44,464 bases of DNA from Candidatus Sumerlaeia bacterium (lineage in GTDB: Bacteria > Sumerlaeota > Sumerlaeia > SLMS01): assembly GCA_020831705.1 (NCBI GenBank), contig JAFIGB010000279.1:1-44464 (forward strand), in the 5' to 3' direction. Positions within the stretch are counted from its first letter, which is position 1. Each line of letters begins with the position of its first letter. The notes below the pieces were generated by a model. It did not search any database and had not been told where the DNA came from. It saw nothing but the letters and a program-made list of their open reading frames with translations. Positions 35,483-43,969 of this stretch are shown here, in pieces. A program made the position numbers and the translations under genes.

Positions 35483-35525
35483 GCCCTTTAAAAATTACTT
35501 CATCCCTCATCCTTCATCCCTTCGT

Positions 35526-36434
35526 TCACGCCGTCGTCGCGCGTTTGTCCCGGACGAGGAACTGGTCTGCCGTTTGAAGCTCATGGTGGAGGAATCCCGC
35601 GGAGACTTCCTGCATCAGCTCAATGGCAGTGCGGTGGCGCTGGTCGGGGCGCTTGTGGAGGGACCGGTGAATGGCATCGGCGGCATAAGCCGGGATGATG
35701 GGGTTGTGGGAGCGAAGGGGGATCGGTGCGTCGTGAACCTGGGCGTAGGCTATTTCCCGGCGATTGAAATGGGAGAACAGGGGAATTCCTGCGAACAAAT
35801 TGTAGAGAACGGCTGCGAAGGAATAAATATCAGCGGACGTGGAAAAATTCGCCCCGATAACCCGTTCGGGGGCCATATATTCGGGGGTGCCGAGAATGGA
35901 GTCCGCAGCGGCCGCCGAGGCGAGTTCCATGGCAAGGGAGACACCGTGGTCCACGATTTTCACCCCTTCGAGGCTTGAGGGAACGACGATATTGGAAGGC
36001 TTGAGGTCGAGGTGAAGGATTTTGGCGTTGTGAAGGGCGTCGATCCCACTGGCGGCCTGATTGAAGACACCAAGGAGGCCGGCCATGGTGACTACATGGC
36101 CACGGCTGTCCAAAAACCGGTCAAGTTGTTCCCCCTTCAATAGCTCCATAATGCAGCAGTGAAGGCCATGGTGATCGAAATCGACCAAGTCAAGAATGCG
36201 CACAACATTGGGATGATTTAATCTGGCCCACCGGGCAGTGGCGAGACGGCCAACCCGGCGAAGGAGGTTAAGGTCAATGACCTTGATGGCGACCTGCCTG
36301 CCGTCCCGGACGCAACTTCCGCCATAAACGCGGCTGAGAGGGCCACGAGCGATCAAGTGATTGACCGCGTACCGGTCCTTGAGGAGACTTTCGACCAGCG
36401 GGAGTTCCCCTTCAATGTTCACTGACTGGCTCAT
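35526..36434 (-). CDS. Minimal Hanks-type Ser/Thr protein kinase domain protein with atypical catalytic motifs
   Basis: VAIKV (beta3 Lys), HLDLKPSNIVV (HRD replaced by HLD), KIVDHGVS (DFG replaced by DHG), GTPEYMAPE. I place the start at ATG 36434, with GGAGGG just upstream. The track ORF starts at 36488. Confidence 0.8.
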   Translation of the reverse strand: MSQSVNIEGELPLVESLLKDRYAVNHLIARGPLSRVYGGSCVRDGRQVAIKVIDLNLLRRVGRLATARWARLNHPNVVRILDLVDFDHHGLHCCIMELLKGEQLDRFLDSRGHVVTMAGLLGVFNQAASGIDALHNAKILHLDLKPSNIVVPSSLEGVKIVDHGVSLAMELASAAAADSILGTPEYMAPERVIGANFSTSADIYSFAAVLYNLFAGIPLFSHFNRREIAYAQVHDAPIPLRSHNPIIPAYAADAIHRSLHKRPDQRHRTAIELMQEVSAGFLHHELQTADQFLVRDKRATTA

Positions 36435-36573
36435 GATCCCTCCAGATGAATGCACTACCTCGAAAATTGGAAGAAAAATCGGGGCCACAAAGACCGGTGT
36501 GGTATTCTGCGGGTGCCATCATGGGTAAATTGCAAGTTGAAACGATCCCCTTCCAGGCGGGAGGCAGCGACCG

Positions 36574-38520
36574 GTGAGCGAGACCAACTTCAAGGATATC
36601 GTTCGCCGTGTGAAGGAGGAGACGGACCTGGTGGAGCTGATCGGCCAGTCGGTCAGTCTCAAGCGTGTTGGCAATTCATTCACCGCCTGCTGCCCCTTCC
36701 ACAAAGAGAAGACTCCAAGCTTTAAGGTCCACCCTGACAAGGGCTTTTTCTTCTGCTTCGGATGTGGAGCAAAGGGGTCCGCCATTGATTATGTGATGCG
36801 GACGGAGAACCTCGAGTTCATCGAGGCGACGGAGAAACTGGCCACGGCGTTGGGCCTGGCGCTTCCCAAAAGCTCGCCCGAGGACCGTGCGCGACGGGAT
36901 GAAGTGGAGGAAAAGCGCCATGCCATCCTTTCGGCAAATGAGGCCGCCACAAAGTGGTTCCGCGCCGTCCTGAAGAAAAAACTCAACCCCATTGCAAATG
37001 CCTACCTTCCCGAACGTGGCCTTGGGGAGGAGCTGGTGGAGCAGTTTCAAATCGGTGCCACCCCTGATTCCTGGGACGGCCTGAAGCAGCACCTGATCAA
37101 TCTGGGCTTCAGCGAGGGCCTGCTGGTGGAATCAGGTCTTTGCCGCCAGTCTGAATCGGGGCGCGTTTATGATGCGTTCCGCAATCGACTGATGTTTCCC
37201 ATCCACGACGTCAATGGCCGTCCCATTGCCTTCGGCGGCCGCCAGTTGGTGAAGGATGAAAACTCGGGCAAGTACATCAACTCGCAGGAAACCGAGCTTT
37301 ACAAGAAGGGGCACCACCTTTACGCCCTCGACATCGCCCGCGACGCCATTATGAAGGCCGGATATGCCATCCTGTGCGAGGGGTACATGGATGTCATCAT
37401 GGCCCATGCCCATGGCTTCAACCAGGCAGTGGCCAGCTTGGGGACCGCGCTGACTCCCATGCAGGCCCGCCTCCTGAAGCGGTTCGCATCAAAAACTTTT
37501 TTCCTCTACGATGGCGACCTGGCAGGGCGCGACAACATGCTCAAGGGGGGCATTCCCCTCCTTGCTGCCGGTTTCGACACACGGGTTGTCATACTTCCCG
37601 AGGGCGACGACCCCGATACCTTCCTGCGCCGCGATGGTCACGATGCGCTGAAGGAACGACTGAATACGGCCCCGGAGTTTTTCGACTGGGCGATGGACGT
37701 CCACGACGGCAAGGTCGACCTGGCGACGCTGGCCGGCCAGGCGGAATTCACCGAACTGATGGCACCCATCATCAACGCCCTGAAGAACGACGTCATGCGC
37801 GAGGGCGCCCTGAAACGCCTGCTGGAGCGACTGGGAGGGCTGCCAAGGGAGGCCGTCACCCGGATCCTCAAGAAGCATCGGCAGGATCAGGAACGACGGG
37901 AGGAACGCTCGGATTACCCGCAATCACCAGCTTCCCGAACCACTTCCGGGGAACAGGATGAGGAAGCACCAACGGCACGGCGCCTCCCCCACCAGATGGT
38001 TGATCCCCTGGAGCGCAGCCTCCTGAAGCTGATGATCGAATCGAATGAGGCATTGGAAACTGCCCGCTCAAACCTGCGCCACGAGTGGATCACCGACCGG
38101 CGACTGGAGGGATGGATTTTCTATTTCCGGGATTCCGGCGGATACGCGAAGACACTGATCGAGGAGATCGAATTCCTCGACGAGCAACCGGGAGACGGCA
38201 CCATACTCTTCAGTGTCATGGCGTGGGAGTTGTCGGCGTCCAAGGACGCGGCGGCATCCATGCAGGAAATCCTCCTTCGGTTGCAGGAGCGCCACCAACA
38301 GGCACATACCCGCGAAATTCTCGGGATGCTCGATGATCCCGCCCTGACCGACCAGGACAGGGAACGAATCCTGACGGTCTTTCACATGGAGCATCGCACC
38401 CGCCTCAAGGAATCAAGCCGTCATCTTCGCACCAGGGATGCGGCAGCGCGCCGCCATCGCCTGGGAGGGAACCTGGAAAAACCGGGAACCCCACCAATCA
38501 ACCAACAAGGTAACCCATGA
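36574..38520 (+). CDS. dnaG: DNA primase
   Basis: CHC2 zinc finger CPFHKEKTPSFKVHPDKGFFFCFGCGAKGSAIDYV. RNA-polymerase core LMFPIHDVNGRPIAFGGR. TOPRIM AILCEGYMDVI and FLYDGDLAGR. GTG start with GGGAGG about 10 nt upstream. Confidence 0.95.
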   Translation: MSETNFKDIVRRVKEETDLVELIGQSVSLKRVGNSFTACCPFHKEKTPSFKVHPDKGFFFCFGCGAKGSAIDYVMRTENLEFIEATEKLATALGLALPKSSPEDRARRDEVEEKRHAILSANEAATKWFRAVLKKKLNPIANAYLPERGLGEELVEQFQIGATPDSWDGLKQHLINLGFSEGLLVESGLCRQSESGRVYDAFRNRLMFPIHDVNGRPIAFGGRQLVKDENSGKYINSQETELYKKGHHLYALDIARDAIMKAGYAILCEGYMDVIMAHAHGFNQAVASLGTALTPMQARLLKRFASKTFFLYDGDLAGRDNMLKGGIPLLAAGFDTRVVILPEGDDPDTFLRRDGHDALKERLNTAPEFFDWAMDVHDGKVDLATLAGQAEFTELMAPIINALKNDVMREGALKRLLERLGGLPREAVTRILKKHRQDQERREERSDYPQSPASRTTSGEQDEEAPTARRLPHQMVDPLERSLLKLMIESNEALETARSNLRHEWITDRRLEGWIFYFRDSGGYAKTLIEEIEFLDEQPGDGTILFSVMAWELSASKDAAASMQEILLRLQERHQQAHTREILGMLDDPALTDQDRERILTVFHMEHRTRLKESSRHLRTRDAAARRHRLGGNLEKPGTPPINQQGNP

Positions 38521-41500
38521 CACCCACATTTAAAATCGGAATGATCGTCTTTCCCGAGGGGCAGATTCGCCCGCAGCTATACATGATTGCCGACCTGATG
38601 GGGAAGATTGCAGACCTCACGCCGATGAGCTTCGGTGCGGACCAGACACAATGGCCCGCAACGGACCTCCGCCGGTATCGAATTCGCACCAGTGATGAAG
38701 TCAGCTGGGACGAACGCATGGTGCGCGTCGGCAGGCTCCTCAATCCATTCACTGATGATTACTTTATATACGAGGTCACCACGGAATCCGGTGAGACCGG
38801 CGAAGTCCCCGAACACGACCTCAAGGTACACGAAGGGGCACTGGCACCGGACCCCGCGGAGATGCTCAGCCAATTTGACTTCGCGCCCTGGAACCTGGTC
38901 GATGCAAGGGCAAGACTGCTGGACAGCTACTTCTGCTCAACAGCGAAAAGCCTTGGAATCGTGGGCTACAATGGGGCGCGCATGCTCCCCATCCCCCACC
39001 AGATCAACGCGGCACGGTACGCCCTGGAATTTGGCCGCGTGCGTTTCCTCCTCGCCGATGAGGTGGGGCTTGGCAAGACCATCGAAGCGGGCCTGATCGC
39101 GTCGACGCTGCGGAAGTACTTCCCAAGCTGGCAGACGGCGATCTTCACCCCCGAATCGCTCACTGCCCAGTGGGCCTTCGAAATGTATGGCAAGTTTGGC
39201 AAATTGATTTTCTGTCTCGACGAGGAGGAACTCGACGAGGACGACCCGGGTGTGATCCTCCCCCACCATCGCGCCCCCCATTTTGCCCGCCACCATCATC
39301 CGGAAATCCTCATCGTGGATGAGGCCCACCAGGTCCTGCGCAACAGCGAGATTCTCGATGCCTTCCTGGAAATGAGCCGCCATGCCCATGCGGTTCTGTT
39401 TCTCACCGCCACACCTGTTTCCCACGACTCGCGCAACCTGATGCGGCTCCTGCAACTTTTGGATCCCGATCAATTCGGGGAACTCAACGACGTGGAAAAA
39501 CTCCGAGACCTGCAACACCGCCAGGGGCTCATCGAGAAGGTCCTCACTGCCATTCGTGCCGAGACACCGGACCATGACGCCGTCGTCCGGGCGTGGCAGG
39601 AAACCGAAATTGAGGACGACGAAATAACGGCGCACATTGAGCTAGCAGGGGACGACAACCTCGGTCGCCACGAGCTGCACCGCCTTGCGACATTGATCGT
39701 CGACCGCTATTACCCGGGCGCACGGATCATTCGTTACCGGCGGAAGTACCTCGCCGAGGACAACGACCTCCCGATCAGAATTGTCTCCCCGGTGGAGTAC
39801 AAGCCGATGCAGGAGGAACTCGATGTCGTCGGGCGTCTATACGCATGGCTGGAACTGCTCCGCCACGGGGGGCTTGAAAAGGATCGGGTCGCCCACCAGG
39901 TGGCCGCGGCACTGATCCAGGCAACCCACAGCTCCCCCCTTGCATTGATGGATTGGGTCAAGCTGCGTCAGGGACGCCTCGAGGACCGGGAGGGCGTGAC
40001 TGCCGACCCGGTGCGCCTGGTGCTGCGGTCCCGGGAAACCCTCCCGCCGCTTCCTGGGGAGGAGGAACTGCTGGCGGAAATGGAGCGCTACGCCGAGGTG
40101 TGGCTGCAGCAAAGCCGCGCCGTGGACGCCACACTTCGTCCCCTCGCCAATACACCGCGCTTCAAGGCATTCCTCTCGTTCCTCAAGGAGACACTTGAGG
40201 AGGACCCCAACGCCCATATTCTTGTCTTTACAAGCTTCGAGTCCAATGTACATCCCCTCTACCTGCTGGTGAGGAAGACACTCGGCGAGGTCGCCGAAGT
40301 CATGGAGATGTACGGGGTTCAATCGCGTATAGAACGGGAACGCAACGCCTTTGAATTCCAGGAGGTTTCCTCGGGGAGCATCCTGATATCCGACGAGCTT
40401 GGTGGCGAGGGGCGCAACTTCCAGTTTGCCTCCCATGTCGTCCACTTCGACCTTCCTCTGGCCCCATGGATCGTGGAGCAACGCATTGGCCGCTGCGACC
40501 GTGTGGGACGGGAGGAGGAACTCGACGTCGACAGCCAGGTGTTGGTGGCAAAAGGGGGGCTGGACGAGGCCTTCTTTGATTTTCTTGCCGACGGTATCGG
40601 CGTATTCAATGAATCCATTGCTCCCGTCGAGGCGGAATTGGACGCCATCATGGTCCGCGTTCTTGAAAACTGTATCAACAACGGCGCAACCGGCGTGCTC
40701 GACATGATGGCCACGACCCAGGACTTCCTGGAGGAGGCACGGGACCGGGAAAATGCCGACCTGGAATTGCGCGGGAAGATCGGTGTCATGGAGGCCAGAA
40801 AAGTCTCCGCACACCTGAAGGACGAAGCCGAACTCCAGGCCCTGCAGGCCAACGTCATCAATTACGCCCGGCTCTTTGATTCCATGGTCGATGAAAAAGA
40901 GGATGGATGCGCGGTGATCACCGTGGGTGAATTTCACTCACTTCACGGAATGCCCGGAGTCCTCCCCGAAATGATTGGTTACTTCGACCGGCGACTTGCA
41001 GTGCGCCATGAACGGCGCGAGTTCTTCTCGCCCGGACACCCCTTCATCCGGTCCATGGCACTGGCCACCCTGATAGACAGCCCGGATCGCTGCGCCCTGG
41101 TGCGAAGAAAGGGCATTGATGAAGTCGCCCTCATGTGCAACTTCAGGATATCGCTTCCCCAGGACTTCATTCTCCTTGTCAAGGAACTGCCGGTGGACCT
41201 CCGTCCCCCGCTGCTCTCAAGAAGTGCCTCCCTCTTTCCCACACGGATGCTTCGCATGGTCGTCAATCTGGACGGAGGCGTCATCCCCATCATCCGGGAC
41301 AATGAATTGTATTACGCCGACCGATGCGAGTCGGACGAATCACTTGTCGGTGCCGGGGATATAAGCGACCACCTGCCATCGGATTGGACCCGGGTGGTCA
41401 TCCACGCCGCAGCACACGCCCAGCAAAGCGCCGAGGAAGTCTCGGACCAATGGATCGCCGACAACCGTCACGAGTTCGAGGACCTCGTCTGCGAGGTCTT

Positions 41501-41627
41501 CACGCGCGTCAACCCAACCCATGAGCTCGTCGAACCACAGATCGAGGCAATCATGGAATCAATCAGCCTGCTGACGGTGGAACTCGATTCCATTGTTGGC
41601 CTGATTCCGGACAAAGCATTGGAATAA
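38517..41627 (+). CDS. rapA: RapA/HepA-like SNF2-family ATPase (RNA polymerase-associated)
   Basis: 1036 aa. Motif I FLLADEVGLGKTIEAGLI is nearly identical to the E. coli RapA block LLADEVGLGKTIEAG. Also DEAHQV, LTATPV, helicase-C GGEGRNFQFASHVVHFDLPLAPWIVEQRIGRCDRVGR, and a RapA-type C-terminal region FFSPGHPFIRSMA. ATGA overlap with the dnaG stop. Confidence 0.82.
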   Translation: MTPTFKIGMIVFPEGQIRPQLYMIADLMGKIADLTPMSFGADQTQWPATDLRRYRIRTSDEVSWDERMVRVGRLLNPFTDDYFIYEVTTESGETGEVPEHDLKVHEGALAPDPAEMLSQFDFAPWNLVDARARLLDSYFCSTAKSLGIVGYNGARMLPIPHQINAARYALEFGRVRFLLADEVGLGKTIEAGLIASTLRKYFPSWQTAIFTPESLTAQWAFEMYGKFGKLIFCLDEEELDEDDPGVILPHHRAPHFARHHHPEILIVDEAHQVLRNSEILDAFLEMSRHAHAVLFLTATPVSHDSRNLMRLLQLLDPDQFGELNDVEKLRDLQHRQGLIEKVLTAIRAETPDHDAVVRAWQETEIEDDEITAHIELAGDDNLGRHELHRLATLIVDRYYPGARIIRYRRKYLAEDNDLPIRIVSPVEYKPMQEELDVVGRLYAWLELLRHGGLEKDRVAHQVAAALIQATHSSPLALMDWVKLRQGRLEDREGVTADPVRLVLRSRETLPPLPGEEELLAEMERYAEVWLQQSRAVDATLRPLANTPRFKAFLSFLKETLEEDPNAHILVFTSFESNVHPLYLLVRKTLGEVAEVMEMYGVQSRIERERNAFEFQEVSSGSILISDELGGEGRNFQFASHVVHFDLPLAPWIVEQRIGRCDRVGREEELDVDSQVLVAKGGLDEAFFDFLADGIGVFNESIAPVEAELDAIMVRVLENCINNGATGVLDMMATTQDFLEEARDRENADLELRGKIGVMEARKVSAHLKDEAELQALQANVINYARLFDSMVDEKEDGCAVITVGEFHSLHGMPGVLPEMIGYFDRRLAVRHERREFFSPGHPFIRSMALATLIDSPDRCALVRRKGIDEVALMCNFRISLPQDFILLVKELPVDLRPPLLSRSASLFPTRMLRMVVNLDGGVIPIIRDNELYYADRCESDESLVGAGDISDHLPSDWTRVVIHAAAHAQQSAEEVSDQWIADNRHEFEDLVCEVFTRVNPTHELVEPQIEAIMESISLLTVELDSIVGLIPDKALE

Positions 41628-41628
41628 C

Positions 41629-43878
41629 ATGAGGAAATTCCCGCTCCACATCCCGTTTCTGGCCGTCCTTTGTCTATACGGGGCTGGGTGCACAACAAGC
41701 CAGACCGTCCTTGCCCCACCCGAGCCAAGGCTGCCCGACCTCGCGGCGGACGCCGTGATTGGGCAGGGGGGAATGACGGAATCGGGCCTGAACAGGGTCG
41801 ATGCCCTTGGGCTTTATCTCCCGTCAGCGGTGGCGATCGCACGGACGAATTCGGGCACCTTCATGTATATCGCCGATCAGGGGAATCATCGCGTGGTGCG
41901 TCGGGCCTTCGACACCGATGGTGCCCCCGGCGAAAAGGCCGACATGGTTTTCGGCCAGCCAACTTTCGGCAGCAATTACCCTCCCATCGATGGCGCAACG
42001 GAACACTCCCTCCTTTCCCCAGCCGGGTTGGCGGTCGGTGCTGATGGCACCCTGGCCATTGCAGATGCCGGTAACAACCGGGTTGTCATCCATCACGACC
42101 CAAATGACCCAAATGGTGGCGTGACCCTTTTGGGTGTGCCAGCGACAGAAGGAGAAAACACGGTATCCTTCCGCTCACCACTTGCGGTGACCTTCGACAT
42201 GGAGCGCGAGCATCTTTGGGTCGCCGATACCGGCAATAACCGGGTTCTTCGCTTTACCTCCAATGGGGGGAGGGAACCGACCGCCGACCTCGTGATCGGG
42301 CAGGTAAATTTTCAGGACCACCTTCCCAATCTTGGCCGCGCCATCCCGTCCAGGGAATCCCTCCACCAGCCAACAGGCCTGGCCATCCATGGGGACCGCC
42401 TTGTCATTGCCGATGCAGGGAATAATCGGGTGATGATCTATACATTGACGGCTTCCGGTCCCGAGCCCGCCTTCACCCTGGGGCAGGGGGGAAGGTTCGA
42501 CACCTCCCGCAGGGGCCGTGGTGCCTTCGGTTTGTTCCAGCCAACATCGCTCTGCTTTGATGGGGAGGGGCACCTGGTGGTGTCGGACACGGGAAACAAC
42601 AGGGTGTTGGTCTTCCCGCCGGACATCAGTGGAGAGGTCCGCCCAACCCGTCTATACGGCCAACCAACAGGTCTGGGGGGAGGGGACGGCAACACGGGGG
42701 GGATCTCCGCCAATTCGCTGAATGGACCGGTTGGTGTTTCATCGGATCCGGAGGGACGCCTGTGGATTGCCGACACCCGCAACCACCGGGTTCTGGGATA
42801 CCCTGCCATTACTGGAACACCAACGGCAGGGCATCTGGTGGGACAACGGAGCTTTTCCCTCGCCGAGCCAAATTCCCCCGACGGATCATCTCTTGCCGAA
42901 CCGCGCGATGTGGCGGTGGATTTTTCCACCGTCCCTCCCCGTCTATACATTGCCGACGGCGCAAACAACCGTGTCCTCGTCTTCAGGGATGTCAACACCG
43001 CCCTTGATGGCGGGCTGGCGGACCTTGTCATCGGACCCCGCGATCCCCACAATACAACTGCGGAATTGATCGCAACCCCCACCTCCATCCTCCCCGACGG
43101 CAAGGGCGGTGTCTATATCACCGATCGGGACAACAATCGGGTGCTCTGGTTCCGCGACCCCCTTGTCCAGCATGAATTTCCTGATGCCATCATCGGAAGC
43201 CCCTACGGCGCGGGTACTCCATCGGCAACGACCCTTCATCGCCCCGAAGGCATCACCCGGGACAACCGGGGTCGCCTCTACATCGCCGACACACGCAACC
43301 ATCGAATTCTCCGCTTCTCCAACCCCATCGACGAACCGGTGGCGGATCTTGTCTGGGGACAAAACGGGAATTTCGAGGAGGGCTGGATCAACAACGGTCG
43401 CCAAACCGCCCCCAACACCCTCGCTTTCCCCTTCCGCATGGATTTTTCCCACGACGGAATCCTCGCCGTGGCGGACACGGTCAATCACCGCGTCCTCCTC
43501 TTCGACCTTGAATCGGAAACACCCACCGAACCGATTGCGGTTCTTGGCCAGGGTGGGGACTTCAATCGCGGCATCGACAACCATGGCGGGTGCGGCCCAA
43601 CAAGCCTGAGCGGCCCGGAAGCAGTCCTCTTCTACCACGAGGGCCTTCTCGTGGCCGACACGGCAAATTGCCGGGTGCTTTATTTCCCCAACCCTCTCGG
43701 GGATGACAAGGCTTCGAAGGCATGGGGGCAGGATGGAAAAATGGGCGCCTGCGAGATTACTGCCGCCCCCCCTTCCGCCACCAACTTCTGGTTCCCAACG
43801 GGGCTTTCCAAGGGACCGGGGGAAAGTTTTCTCGTCACCGACCGGGATCATCATCGGGTTCTTGCCTTTTTCCCTTAA
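41629..43878 (+). CDS. Lipoprotein with twelve NHL repeats (two predicted six-bladed beta-propellers)
   Basis: Lipobox LAVLCLYGAGC. Twelve copies of the NHL core: IADQGNHRVV, IADAGNNRVVI, VADTGNNRVLRF, IADAGNNRVMIY, VSDTGNNRVLVF, IADTRNHRVLGY, IADGANNRVLVF, ITDRDNNRVLWF, IADTRNHRILRF, VADTVNHRVLLF, VADTANCRVLYF, VTDRDHHRVLAF. The ATG lies 2 nt after the rapA stop. Confidence 0.88.
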   Translation: MRKFPLHIPFLAVLCLYGAGCTTSQTVLAPPEPRLPDLAADAVIGQGGMTESGLNRVDALGLYLPSAVAIARTNSGTFMYIADQGNHRVVRRAFDTDGAPGEKADMVFGQPTFGSNYPPIDGATEHSLLSPAGLAVGADGTLAIADAGNNRVVIHHDPNDPNGGVTLLGVPATEGENTVSFRSPLAVTFDMEREHLWVADTGNNRVLRFTSNGGREPTADLVIGQVNFQDHLPNLGRAIPSRESLHQPTGLAIHGDRLVIADAGNNRVMIYTLTASGPEPAFTLGQGGRFDTSRRGRGAFGLFQPTSLCFDGEGHLVVSDTGNNRVLVFPPDISGEVRPTRLYGQPTGLGGGDGNTGGISANSLNGPVGVSSDPEGRLWIADTRNHRVLGYPAITGTPTAGHLVGQRSFSLAEPNSPDGSSLAEPRDVAVDFSTVPPRLYIADGANNRVLVFRDVNTALDGGLADLVIGPRDPHNTTAELIATPTSILPDGKGGVYITDRDNNRVLWFRDPLVQHEFPDAIIGSPYGAGTPSATTLHRPEGITRDNRGRLYIADTRNHRILRFSNPIDEPVADLVWGQNGNFEEGWINNGRQTAPNTLAFPFRMDFSHDGILAVADTVNHRVLLFDLESETPTEPIAVLGQGGDFNRGIDNHGGCGPTSLSGPEAVLFYHEGLLVADTANCRVLYFPNPLGDDKASKAWGQDGKMGACEITAAPPSATNFWFPTGLSKGPGESFLVTDRDHHRVLAFFP

Positions 43879-43969
43879 CCACCGTAACAATCACGGTTGC
43901 AACAGCTTGGACCGCGGGGAAATAATGGGATGCAAGCCCCATGGGGGGAACCATCGAGAGAGGAAATCC

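Noticed and set aside
38517-41627. SNF2 helicase as part of a defence system (DISARM/Zorya-like)
   Set aside because: Motif I and the C-terminal region match RapA specifically. No methyltransferase, PLD nuclease, DUF1998 or ZorAB-like partners are nearby. The neighbours are dnaG and envelope proteins.
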